This document shows positions 13,101 through 25,700 of a stretch of DNA of 33,183 nt, piece by piece (position 1 is the first letter of the stretch; each line of letters begins with the position of its first letter). The notes beneath the pieces were generated by a model. That model saw nothing but the letters and a program-made list of their open reading frames with translations, searched no databases and was not told where the DNA came from. The DNA is taken from assembly GCF_004010195.1 (NCBI RefSeq), contig NC_057718.1, positions 11,542,406-11,575,588 of the forward strand. The letters are read 5' to 3'. Both the position numbers and the translations under genes were made by a program. The DNA comes from Chiloscyllium plagiosum (lineage: Eukaryota).

Positions 13101-16100
13101 CTCACCTGGGCTTCCCAGTTGTAACTGGTGTCTGATATATTTCAGGAAAGGGCCAGGGGAGAATCTAGGGTAGTAGTATTGTCACTAGACCAACATTCCA
13201 GAGCCCTAATGTCCTGAGGACCTGGGTTCAAATCCCAGCCATGGAAGATGGTGGAATCTGAATTTAATAACAATCTGAAATCTAAATTTACAGTAAACAC
13301 TGTTGATTGGCGTCAATGTCCTTTAAAGAAGGATATCTAACCAATCTGGCCTATGTGTGACTGCTGGCTCTGCAGCTACAGCAATATGACTCTTGGGGAT
13401 ATAAATGCTGGCCTAGCCAGCGAAGGTATTTAACAACAGCTGAGAAAGAGTGACCCCAGCAGCAAGGTGTGTGCCGGCTCATTGGCCACCACAGCCAGAC
13501 TGATTGTGTGGTTCCCAAGTAATCCCCAACTGCTCCCCGAACACACACACGCGCACACACAGCCACACACACACGCGCATGCGCACGCACACACAGCCAC
13601 ACGCACACACACATACGGCCACATACAGCCACACGCACACGCATGCGCACGCACACACAGCCACACACGCACACGCATGCGCATGCACACACACGCATGC
13701 ACACGCACACACACGCACGCAGCCACATGCGCACGCACACACACGCGCACACATACACACACACACACATACACACAGCCACACACACACATACACACAG
13801 GCACACACGCGCACACACAGCCACACACGCACACGCACACACAGCCGCACACACAGTCACACACGCACAAGCATGCGCACGCGCACACACACACAGCCAC
13901 ACATGCACACACACACAGAGCCACACACGCACACGCACACACACAGCCACACGTGCACACGCACACACACCGAGTGAGACTTACTCCGATTGTCACATTC
14001 CACTGACTGGCAGGATTTTGTCTGGATGGAGGGGCCCTCACAGCGGCTGCTGGTGGGATCACATGACCGTCCCCGTTGCTGGGTCCCAGTGCCACAGGAG
14101 ACAGAACATTCCGTCCACTCTGACCAAGGTGACCATCCGTCTTCACTGTCCTTAACTGGGGAGAGAACACAGGAGGAAAAAGAACACCCTGTTGCTGTTT
14201 GTTTGAAGAAGAAACGAACTGAGAAGCTCAGTTGAAAGGTCAGAGGTCACAGTGCAAGAGCTCTTCTGAGCTGATCAAAGCAGAAGTGGGAAATTGGCGG
14301 GGAGGGGCAGGCAATGATCAGGTTGAAGATCGTCCCAGGTTGGGGGGGGAATGGGTGTGCAGATTGTGGAAGACAGAGGCTGGCTGCCTCCAGTGGGAGT
14401 CCATCCACTGAACCTTCTGGGTAACATCTCGAAAATCAGTCATTGAGGCAACACAGTACAAGAGGTGAAACAGAAAGCAAAAAAAAGATTTATTCCGGCA
14501 GAGAATGCGCCAGATCATTCACAACGATTAGTACATGGGTTATGCATGTTATAGTGGATCTACTTCACAGATAGGCCATTTGGCCCAAAAAATCCATGTT
14601 AGCATCTCCTCCCACCTTTCCTCAACTGAATCCACCAACTTAAACCAGATTCCCTTTGCCCTCAAATATTTGTCTCGGTCTCCGGTAAACGCACTGATGC
14701 GATTTTCTCCAGTCACTCCATGTAGTAAGGAGTTCTACATCCTCATCACTCTCTGAATAAAGAAAGTCTGTTCTGATATCCTGACTGGATTCCTGCGTGA
14801 CGGTCCCATCCTGATGGCTCCTCATTCCGCTCTTCCCCGCAACAGGAGACACTCTCTCGGTGGCCACTCAACCAAAACCGCCCAGAATCTCTAAGACGTT
14901 TATTCGGTCCCCCTCTCAGCCTTTTCTGTTTACCAGCTCGCAGACCTGGCCTGTTCGCATTGACCTGAAACTATCAGCGAGTTTGCCTCTCGCACGAAGG
15001 CAACACTTGCAATCCTTCCTTCTCTGAAGAAACTCTGCAATTTGGCATGAGCCTCTAACAATACTCACTCTTTCAAGTCAGCAGCTTCTAAGGTTCAAAA
15101 CTGCTTTCTAATCTGAGACAATAATTAATAATCGCCAGTCTGTCCAATCAGGATTTGAGATAGGCATCAAACTATGTGCTAATGGCCTCAATCTTACAAT
15201 CACAGATTTATTTCCAAAATGTTGCAGCTGAAACAGCCATGCACCCGTCATGCAAAAAGTCATTAATTCCATGTTTTGACAGGACTTAGGCTCTCTATAT
15301 GTTACAAGCGGCAATATATTTGTTATTAACAATCTGCGGGTTTCATAAATAACAGGAGTTGTTCACACCGCCAAATCCTTTGGAAGGTTTTGATATTCCT
15401 TACTCTGAATCCAATTATGGTCATAATCATGACCCAAAACTGAGCCTGCAGTGACTGAGATCGATGTACATTCATCAGCGCAGTACTGAAGGAGGGCTGC
15501 TCTGTCAGAGCCGCCTTCTTTTGTGTGAGACATTAAGCCTTGACCCCTTTTGCCCCTCTCCAGTTGAATGCCAATGACCTCAGGGTTCCCAAGAATGGTA
15601 CAAAACATTCTCCCTGGCTCTGGTCAGAATTTCTCTCTCAGCTGACATGATCAAAGCAGCTCGCCAGTCATGATCTCATTACTCTTGGTGGGAGGCTTGC
15701 TGCTGTCTTTCTGACATTTGAAGACTTTAAAAGCACCCCATTGACTGCAAAAGGTCAGCCCGAGTTGGAGATTGGTGCTGTGTAAATTCCAATGTGGTGA
15801 AGACATTGTGGAGGCTGCCTATCCTTTTGCTTGATTGTAACCTTCTAACTTCCAAACAAGATTCATTCTCCCACCTCCCCTCCTGACAGACCCCAGACCA
15901 CACAACAAATGTATTCTTTGATCCTTCCTCTGGGATTTATTGCCCTGGACAAGAAGGTGAAGAGCTGATGCAGTAGGAACACCTGGAAAGCTGGAAGGGA
16001 GGGAGTTCTGGGATTTGGAATGTAGGATGTATTTCCAAGTCAGGACGGTGAGTGTGTTGGAGGGGAACTTGCAGGGTGCCCTTGCCCTTCTCGATGGAAG

Positions 16101-19100
16101 TGGTCATGGGTTTGGAAGGTGCTGTTGGAAGAGTCCTGGTGAGTTGCTGCACTGCATCTTGTATAAGCTGTGCATCAGTGACGGAGGAAGGGAATTTTTG
16201 AAGGTGCTGGATGTGGTGCCAGTCAAGTGGGCTGCTTTGTCCTGGAAGGTGTTGAGCGTCTTGAGTGTTTTTGGGGCTGCACCCATCCAGGTCAGTGGGG
16301 AGTATTTGTGCCTTGCAAGTGATGGACAGGCTTTGGGGAGTCAGGAGATGTGTTACTCACCACAGTACTCAGCGCCTCTGGCCTGCTCTTGACGTCACTA
16401 TTTGTGGTGAATCCACTTGAGTTTCTGGTCAATGGTGACCCCCAGGATGTTGATAGTGGGAGATTCAGTGATGGTAACACCATTGACTGTCAAGGGACGG
16501 TGGTTAGATTGTCTCTGATTGGTGATAGCAAGGCAACCACTCCAACAAGCAACCACTCCCTCCATGCTCAGTAGCAGCAATGTGTACTATCTACAAGATG
16601 TACTGCAGAAATTCATGAAAGGTACTTAGACAGCCCCTTCCGAAACCATGACCAATTTCGTCGAGAAGGACAAGGCTTTGGAGTTTAGAGGCTGGATTTG
16701 GTCCTTAGAGACTCCCTGCTTTGCAAATTACTGAACAGACTGTCCACCTCCAGTCCAGTATTCTAACCTCTGAATGCCAATGCCCAGCCTTCCAGAATCT
16801 CAGAGGTGTTTCTGAGGCTGCTCAGTCCATCGTGTCTGCACCAGCTCTTTGCATGAGCATCATTACCTCGTGCCAGTTCCTTGCTTTCTCCCCATACAGA
16901 TTAGTTTTACCCAAAACAATCAGCTATTTCTCTCAGTAGTGCTTTCCATCCTCTAACTACTTGCTGAGTGAATAGGTATTTCTCCCTGCACTCCACACTT
17001 GATCCTTTTGCAAATCAGTTGACACCTGGGCTTTCTGCTTCTTGATCTTTTTGCAAGTAGGAACAACGTCTCCTGATTCACTCTGTCCAGACCCTTCCAG
17101 GTTTTGAAAGATCTTTCAGCCTTGTTCTCTCCAAGGAGAACAGTCCCAACCTCTTCAATATATCCTCATTGCTGAAATTCCTTATCTCCGGAACCATTCT
17201 TGTAAACATGAGGCTCATTGACTGGCTGTCAGTGTGGAGTCCCAATTGCAGGCTGTAAAGGTAACCAGGAGGAGCAGGTTGACGAATGGGGGGTGTCATC
17301 GACTGCTTCGCAGCTTGTTCTCAACTTGCTGTTGAGCAGAAGTTACAGCTTTGGTCATTCATCCAGATCATCCCTCGTTCGGATGCTTCTCTTGTTTTCC
17401 TCTCAGTTGCTTCCTGTCTGAAGCTCTGTGGTTATCAGGTTGACAAAACACACAGAATTCTCGCAGCATAACCAGTTTTCTGTGGCTTCCCCAGGCTAGC
17501 TTCACCCGTGGCTCAGGGACAAACTCCTTTCGAAATTTACAACCTTCAAACACTTGCCCGCACAGCAATACCACCCCCCCCCACCCCAGACCCATCGCGA
17601 TGATCCACTCTGACCTCCCTCCTTATTGTCACCGTGAAAACGAATCCTTATAAATAAAAACTCCACATTAAAAATGGCATTCTCAAAGAAGAAAGCCTTT
17701 CTCAAAATGTAGGGGTTAAATTGCTACAGGATCTGGAATCTGTACTGAAAACCACAAATGCTGGAGCCCACTGTGGGTCAGACAGCATCCATGGAGAGGG
17801 AGCAATGTTGTCTGACCCACTGTGAGCTCCAGCACTTGTTGTTTTAAGCACAGCCTTTCTCATGTCACCCTTGTGGAAGGTGTGTTCCTTATGGAGTAAG
17901 TGAAACCTCCAGCAGCCTCACTGAGAACGGGCAGGAGAGATGTCCAAGGAGATGATCTTTTGCATTGATGCTGACTGAGGGATAAACACTGGTTGGGACA
18001 CTAGGAGATAATCACTGTGACATCCACCTGAGGGTGCAGGGGATTCACAACCTGATCTTGCTGGATAGCTCAGTTGGTTGCATGGGTGGTTTGCAATGCA
18101 CAGTACCACCAACAACACAGGTTTGATTCCCACACCAGCTGAGATCACTGTGGTAAGTCTTACCTTCAGGTTAAACTCACCACTAGTCATCTCTCTACCT
18201 GAGAGAGCAGGAACGTTACCTTGAAATGGCATGTCATTGGGGGGTTAAATCCTGATTCCAGCACGGCAACACAACTAATCAAACTCTCCGCATTTCAAGA
18301 AATATACTTACGGAGACAGGAAGGGCAACACTCTCCTTCAATGAAAGACGGATTGGCACAGGACACTGGCGGGCACGTGATCCTCCGGCAGATGATGCTG
18401 AAGTCCTGCAGTGATGGAAAGGAAGGTCAGCCTTTTGAATTCCTGAGAAACCCTTCTCTATTCTTTGTTCATTTGAAAGTAGCAGCCCCGCTCTCAGTCT
18501 GGGTAACTGTCGCACAGCCCTGCATTCTGGCTCAGGTGACCAGAACAGAATGACACCAACGCCATGGATTCACTGCCCATGTTGGATAAGGTCGCTCCTT
18601 CCGACTCCATCACCCTCCTCACCTGAGCCACGGTGACCCTCAGGTTAAACCACCCCCAGTACCGCGCCCCACCCCACTCTCTCTCTCTTATGAGAGGATG
18701 GGGCTATGGTGAGATTACTTTATTCTGAGATGTCATCTAACCCATCATTCTCACTTTCTGGGGTCCTGCATCCTAACTCCTCGCGCTATTTCTCCACCTC
18801 CCCTTCCCAGCACTCTCCGCGTGTGCCAACCTAATGCTGGCCTCAATGTTAGCTGCCTTGAGTAGTTTTTAAAAATTATGTCCAGACCTCCCCACAGTCT
18901 CACATCTCCCATCCACCAGCCCCCCTCCTCCATCCCGATAACAATCGCCCCTCATCCCACCTCAGAAATAACTGCATTTCTCAGACTCCGGTCTCTTTTA
19001 CATCCCCAATTACATCCTCCCAAGACATCAGACCCTTCTCTCTGGAATTTCATCCTCATGCTCTGTACCTTTTCTTTGATCTCTGCTCTTATACAATTTA

Positions 19101-22100
19101 CAATGTGCCTCCTGTGGCCTAACACCTCTGAGGGCCTTACAACTGCTCCTTCCAAACCCACACCTCGCCCACTCAGAAGGAGGTAACCTGCAGGCCTGTA
19201 GCAACTCCAACCCTCATACCCTCCTGATGTGACTTGCTCCTTCAGTGTCACACTGGCCGCAGGGCCCTAGGTCTCCCTGTCTAACAGCACTGTGGGTGCC
19301 CCTCCACCCCAGTGATGGTAGTGGTTCAAGGCAGCAGCTCACTACCACCTTCTACAGTGGGATTAATAAATGCTAGTCTATATCCATGGGCGGTACGGTG
19401 GCTCAATGGTTAGTATTGCTGACTCACAGCACTAGGGACCCAGGTTCGATTCCAGCCTCGGGCAACTGTCCTTGTGGAATTTGCATGTTCTCCCTGCGTC
19501 TGGGTGGGTTCCCTTTGGGTGCTCCATTTTCCTCCCGTGATCCAAAGATGTGCAAGTTAAGTGAACTGTCTGTACTAAATTGCTTGTAGTGTTCAGGGAT
19601 GTGTAGGTCAGGGTAACTGAATAGTAACGAGGGGCGGGTTACTCTTCGGAGGGTCAGTGTGGAATTGTTGGGCCGAATGGCCTGTTTCAACACTGTCGAG
19701 GATTCTATGATCCAGTGACACTCAAGTTCCAAGATCAACTCAAAGTAAGCGCCGGTTTCAAACTTTCTTTGGGATGTTACACTGTATTAAACGTGCCATC
19801 TAAATGCAACTTGCCATTGTTGTCAACAGCCCACACGATGGCTAATTCTTCACTCCTGTGCTACAGGGAAAGTGCAGGAAAATGGAATTGGAATAGCTAG
19901 ATGCACAGAGACAATGAGCCTTTTCAATGCTGTGAAAGCTCTGACATCCAGGAGAGCGCTCGTGAGGCTGGTACAATGACCTACAACAAAAGCAAAGCTG
20001 GAAATCCAAAATAAAAACAGAGTGCTAGAGAAACTCAGCAGGTCTGGCAGATTCAATGGAGAGAGAAACAGAATTAATGACTCCTTTTCAAAACTGGATA
20101 GCTTTATGCTGTAATATAATAAGGGCAGTGGGGACAAATGGACCAAAACAATGGGACAAGGTAAGGTAAGAGGGCAAGGGAGATTAAAGATCCAAAGTGC
20201 TATGGAGCAGGAATAGTCCTGCAAAGGCTTGGTGTTGGGGAGAGATGGTGTGAGCTACAGCCTGTGTCCATGCTGGTGAGACCACACCTGGAGTAGTGTG
20301 TGCAGTTTTAGTCTCCTTATTCGAGGAAGGATGTTCTGGCGATGGAGGGAGTGCGATGAAGGTTTATCAGAATGATTCCTGGGATGGTAGGGGTGACGCA
20401 TGAGGAGAGACTTGATTGGTTAGGATCACCAAAGAATGAGGGAGGTTCATATAGAAACCTGTATAAGGCTGTAACAGACTGGACAGGGTAAACAGGGGAA
20501 AGATGTTCGTAATGGCCAGGGAGTCCAGAACCAGGGCTCACAGTTTAGTGATATGGGGATGGCCATTTAGGATTGAGACAAGGAGAAATGTCTCCATCCA
20601 GAGAGTGGGGAGCCTGTAGAATTCTCTGCCACAGAAAGTAGTTAAAGCCAAAACACTGATTGTTTTCAAGGAGCTAGATATAGTTCTCAGAGCTAAAGGG
20701 ATAAAAGGGTATGGGGATGAAAGTGGGAACAGGGGACAGAGGTGGATGAACAGCCAATATCCTTCTGAACAGCAGAGCAGGCTCAAAGACCAGAATGTCG
20801 GTATTTTCTGCACTTCTACTCCTCAGGTGGCAATGCTGAAATGGGATGAACTTCATGTCTGAGTATGTTGTTTTAAAAAAAAATGGTCTTTTTCAATTAT
20901 CAGCAGGACCTGAATTCCTTGCATAACTCAGTATGGGGTAGCCTCAGACTAAAAATCAAACATGCAGCTTAAAAAATATCGTGGGATCTGAGAGTGGTTT
21001 ATGCAGGTATAATGCTTCCAAATCTCAACCGCCTGTCAGGGCAGTCCCAGTAACTCCACCTCCCCCCCTCCCCGAGTGTACTTCCTTTGACCGTATAACT
21101 GCCCCCATCCTGAAGGTCAGAACCTCATGAGCTGGCTTCTTGCAGATGCACACGCTCAGAGTCTCTCCTCAGATGACCACCAGATTTCCGAGCACAAGAG
21201 GAAACAAGATCAGTTTCCCGATGTTTCATTGCAATTACTTGAGGGCTTCACTCCTCTCAGACGCAGAGATCTGCTCTGTATTATCTCTTTCAACGAAAGA
21301 GATTTTAAAGTGCCAATATGAGTCGCATTAAAAATGGAATTGCTTCCCTGAATTTTAAACACATGGTGCCAAATATGCATGACTGACAATTGAAAGAATT
21401 GAACCTTTTAACTTGTACACCCAAATAAGAAAGAGAGCCTCCAGGTTCAGCACTTCCCTCGGATTCCAAATATTTAAATTGATTTATTCCCAGCTTTATG
21501 TTCCAGCTAATGAGATTTGCAATGCAGGCTGGGAATGGTCCATCCTGCAGGGTGCAGCCATTGACGTTTGTAGCATTTGACCTGAAGGTTGGGACCTGCA
21601 CTAACTGCCATTAAGACAGAGGTATCTCGGAGAATAAAAGAGCTGAACCCAATGACTGAAAGTCTGCTGCAAAAGGGCGATCTGCTGTTGAAGGTTTCTA
21701 TCTTGCAATTGTCTGGATATGAGCAAGAATGCCAAATTTGTGACCATGTGTTTGGTATTCTTGCCTTATGTCCTGCTGAGAGCGAGTCAAAAAGCTTTGA
21801 TGGTGTCTCTCTCTCTCTCTCCCACAATAATCAAGTTCTGGGTTATGACTCTTTGTCTCATAAAGAGTTTCTGGTTTTTATACTGGCTCATCCAGATGCA
21901 ACGACACTGTGCGTTCAGCGGTGAAGCACACCATACAGACTGAACTGCAGCTTATGTGGACATTGAAGCTAAGCAGGAAGAGAGTGGAACTGGGACAGCA
22001 CTGCAGTTTGGGCATCATCCAGAGAAAGTGTGTGTAGGAGAGAGTGTGCGAGAGAGAGAGGGGGAGAGGGAGTGAGAGTATGTAAGTGCATGCATGAGAC

Positions 22101-22699
22101 AGTGAGTGCGAGAATGTGTGCTCTTTTAAGACACTTATACTGAAGTCAGTGCAAAAAAGGCAATTTTGTTTTTAATTAGGAAATTTGCTCTGAGTGTTCA
22201 AAGAAAGTAGTGGTTAATGAAGAGGCGTTTTTTGTTAATGCAGTGGGCTGTGATCTGGAACCCGTGGTCTGATGAACAGGTTGGTGGAAATAGAGTCAAC
22301 AGTAGCTACTGAACGGAAATTAGGGAATTACTTTAGAAGGAAACCTCTGGAGGGCTGTGGAGAAGTGCACAAGGAAATGGGATCAGTTAGATTGCTCTTT
22401 CAAAAGAGCCAGAACCACGTTGATGGGCCAAAAGGCTTCGTTTTGTGCTGCATCGATTTGTGATCCATCGCGAGGTGTTTCACATGAACTTCCTTCAAGC
22501 TCTGGATCACATGCACAGCTGAGAAAGTACCAGCACTCCCTCAGGTTGGTGCTGAAGAACATCGCAGCAGAACAGGGGTTTTGCCGTCACCTCGAGCACA
22601 GTTTTTAATCTGGGAGGCACTGAGCAAGGAGAGTTGGTGCCTAACGATCATAGAGGGATAGGCAGCCTCGTCCACACTGCAGACTGGGGCTTAATGCAC

Positions 22700-22736
<37 letters not shown>

Positions 22737-25700
22737 AAGAGAGATGGAGAGAGAGAGGAAGAGAGAGAGGAAGGGGAAGAGAGAGGGAGAGAGAGAGGAA
22801 GAGAGAGAGAAAGGGGAAGAGAGAGGGAGAGACAGAGGAAGAGAGAGGGAGAGAGAGGAAGAGAGAGAGAGAGAGAGAAAGGGGAAAAGAGAGGGAGAGA
22901 GGAAGAGAGAGAGGAANNNNNNNNNNNNNNNNNNNNNNNNNNNNNNNNNNNNNNNNNNNNNNNGAGGGAGAGAGAGAGAGGGAGGAGAGAAAGAGGAAGA
23001 GAGAGGGGGAGAATAAAAAGCACTGAATTTATAATCCACCTTTCAGAACCTCAACCTGCCCCCACACCACTTTAGGTCAGGAAATATACCTTTGAAAAAG
23101 AGCAGTCATGACAATCGATCAATCAGTCTGTGCCCAGCAAGTTTCAACAAGATAAATGACCAGATTGACTGTTCCTTTGTGCTGTTGGTTGAGGGGTAAA
23201 TATTGGCCAGGAGTCCGGGGAACATATGCATTGAGATCTGTGGCCCGATAATGATTAAACACACAGCCGTTGGAAGGGCTGCCTCCGACATAAGAAGACT
23301 GATTGGAAACATCATGATCGAAACCTTTCGTAGACTTCAGTTACATCTGTTACAAATCTGATTTTAAAAGTCATTATTCACTCTTTGGTGTGGTTTGTGT
23401 TTCCAGGCCAGGAGCTGGTGGTGTGGTTATTACACCGACTCTCCACTGCGCCTCCCAGCCCCAGCTTTTACAGTGGATCCCAAAAACTCCAAGGAATCCG
23501 GCCGATGGTTCAGATGAAACTAATTATTGCCTATTTATTGACTTTACAGCTGAGCATAAAACATATGTAGGAAATCTGGCTGAGGCATCAATAGGAGGCA
23601 AAGTCATTCGAAGAGAGAGAGAGGATCCACATGTCATGAGAAAAGTCACCAAAGTCTACGGCACAAAAAAATGGATCACTCAACTCAACGGATCCATACC
23701 ACGTTCCTGTTCCAGATCAGCCTCCTTCTAACTTCCATCTAACTCTGACAGCATAAACTAGCAATCAAATCATCATTTGGTAATACTGAACTTGAGCACC
23801 GCTGAAAAAGACACACTTTGTTAAAGCTTTTCATCTTGCAGTCATCAGGACAATTCACACAATTCTGAGGAAGGGTCACTCAACTCGAAATATTAACTCT
23901 CCATAGATGTTGCCAGACCTGCTGAGCTTTTCCAGCAATTTCTGCTTTCGTTTCTGATTTGCAGCATCAGCCACTTGTCCAGTTTTTATTTCACAAGATT
24001 ACCAATTTAATGGCAACACCAAATGGTACGGTATGAGAGGAGAATGGCAATTGATTGGCAAGAGCACGCTGGAAGAGGCGATGTCATGGAGAGTTACACA
24101 GAGTCCACCAATCACATTCTTCTCTTAAAATTGTTGGTTTCCCGTTAAATTGGTTTTCTTGTGAAATGTCCTGATGAGTGTAAGATGACAAGCTTTGACA
24201 GAATGTGCAATTTTCCAGCAATAAACTTGTATTCCCTTCTCCCTTGAGTGCTTATCCATCTTTGCCTCGAATGCTATTCACCTCAATTCCTTACGTACCG
24301 TGTTCCATATCACGACAGCATCCCTTCTTCTACTCGAGCTAACCCCCTCATTATCTGGAGGACCTTGATCAGATTACCCTTTTATTCCCTCAGAGGAAAC
24401 ACTCCGAAGTTTTCCTCCGCCCTCTGAAGAAAGCTCAAGGAGTCTCTCTCCCACTGCGATCCCCAGGTTCACCATCACACCAACACATCCCCGCACGCCT
24501 TCCTCCCTCCCTCCACATATTTCTAGGCACCTTCCCCCTCCCCAGTCCTGTCGAAGGGTTGTGGCCCAAAACGGTGACTTTCCTGCTCAGAGTCATAGAG
24601 ATGTACAGCATGGAAACAGACCCTTTGGTCCAACCCGTCCATGCCGACCTATATCTTTCCCCTCTCACCCTAAACCTATGCCCTCTAGTTCTGGATCCCC
24701 CAACCCAGGGAAAAGACTTTGTCTATTTATCCTATCCATGCCCCTCATAATTTTGTAAACCTCTATAAGGTCACCCCTCAGCCTCCGGCGCTCCAGGGAA
24801 AACAGCCCCAGCCTGTTCAGCCTCTCCCTGTAGCTCTTCTCGGATACTGTCTGGCCCGCTCTGCGTTTCCAGTTCCACATCTATTGACTCTGGCTTCAAG
24901 CTTCAGCAGCCCTCACTGCCTGCAGCCTGCTTAGTTTTTGTTTTAATGAGTGTGTCCTCACGGCTCTTCTGAATCTTTTTTTTTGTGCTTTGTCCAAAGT
25001 CTCAAAATCCTTCAGATAATACGAGCAGAACTAGTCACAGTCACAAAGAAAGCTCGCTGCAAAGTTAACTCACGCTGAAAACAAATAGGATAAAGGGCCA
25101 GTGGGTGCTGGAACAGGACGATAGAGAGCATCAGAAAGTAGAAGAATCTGAGAGCTCGTAAGACACTGATTAATAGAAATTACAGCCCATAAGGTGCTCC
25201 CTTCTCCTCCTGAGGATGTATTGGTGTTAGATCACAGCCAGATCTGTCTGAACTAATCCCATATCCTTCACCTTTCTCAACATCTTCACCTTCTTCCTTC
25301 ACAAAGGTCTATGCTACTCTTTGTCTCTGTTTCATTGGCCATTTGTTGGACTTGATGTTGCGACAGTTTTGCGTGGGAGAAAACACGTTAATCTGGGTTG
25401 ACTCCCCTGGGGTTAAGTGGAAGCTCAGACAGGAGAAGAGGTGCACTATGGGACCGAGAAAAACACAGGAATCACACAGAGGGAAAGCCTGAATTGTGCA
25501 GAGTGGAGAGGGTACAGGCGATCACAGAGTAGGTACTGATACAGATTAATAAGGCCATTAAAACTCTGGAGATAGTTTGTGTTGTGATGGGAGTGAAAAG
25601 CAACATAATTATTTAAATTTGTGTAGAACGTCAGTTAGACCACATACGGATTGTTGCCATGAATGGTTAACGGATGAAGAGGATAATGGGGAAGGTGCAG

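Noticed and set aside
13351..14170. Long Cys/Val/His/Thr-rich ORFs
   Set aside because: Translation of a CA microsatellite; the real exon (13985-14155) is in another frame
15990..16675. Twin-priming inversion of a single LINE
   Set aside because: The plus piece duplicates sequence already present in the minus piece and is diverged from it, so two independent insertions are more parsimonious
19387..19460. tRNA gene (also 31788-31865, 18058-18135)
   Set aside because: A and B boxes continue into a SINE body repeated elsewhere in the window; no convincing cloverleaf
21480..21960. Non-repetitive intronic stretch with short ORFs and TGACG/TGACCT motifs, possible enhancer or nested gene
   Set aside because: No recognisable protein similarity; such short motifs occur by chance; needs cross-species conservation data
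22634..23039. Glu/Arg-rich and Ser/Leu-rich ORFs
   Set aside because: GA microsatellite spanning an N gap
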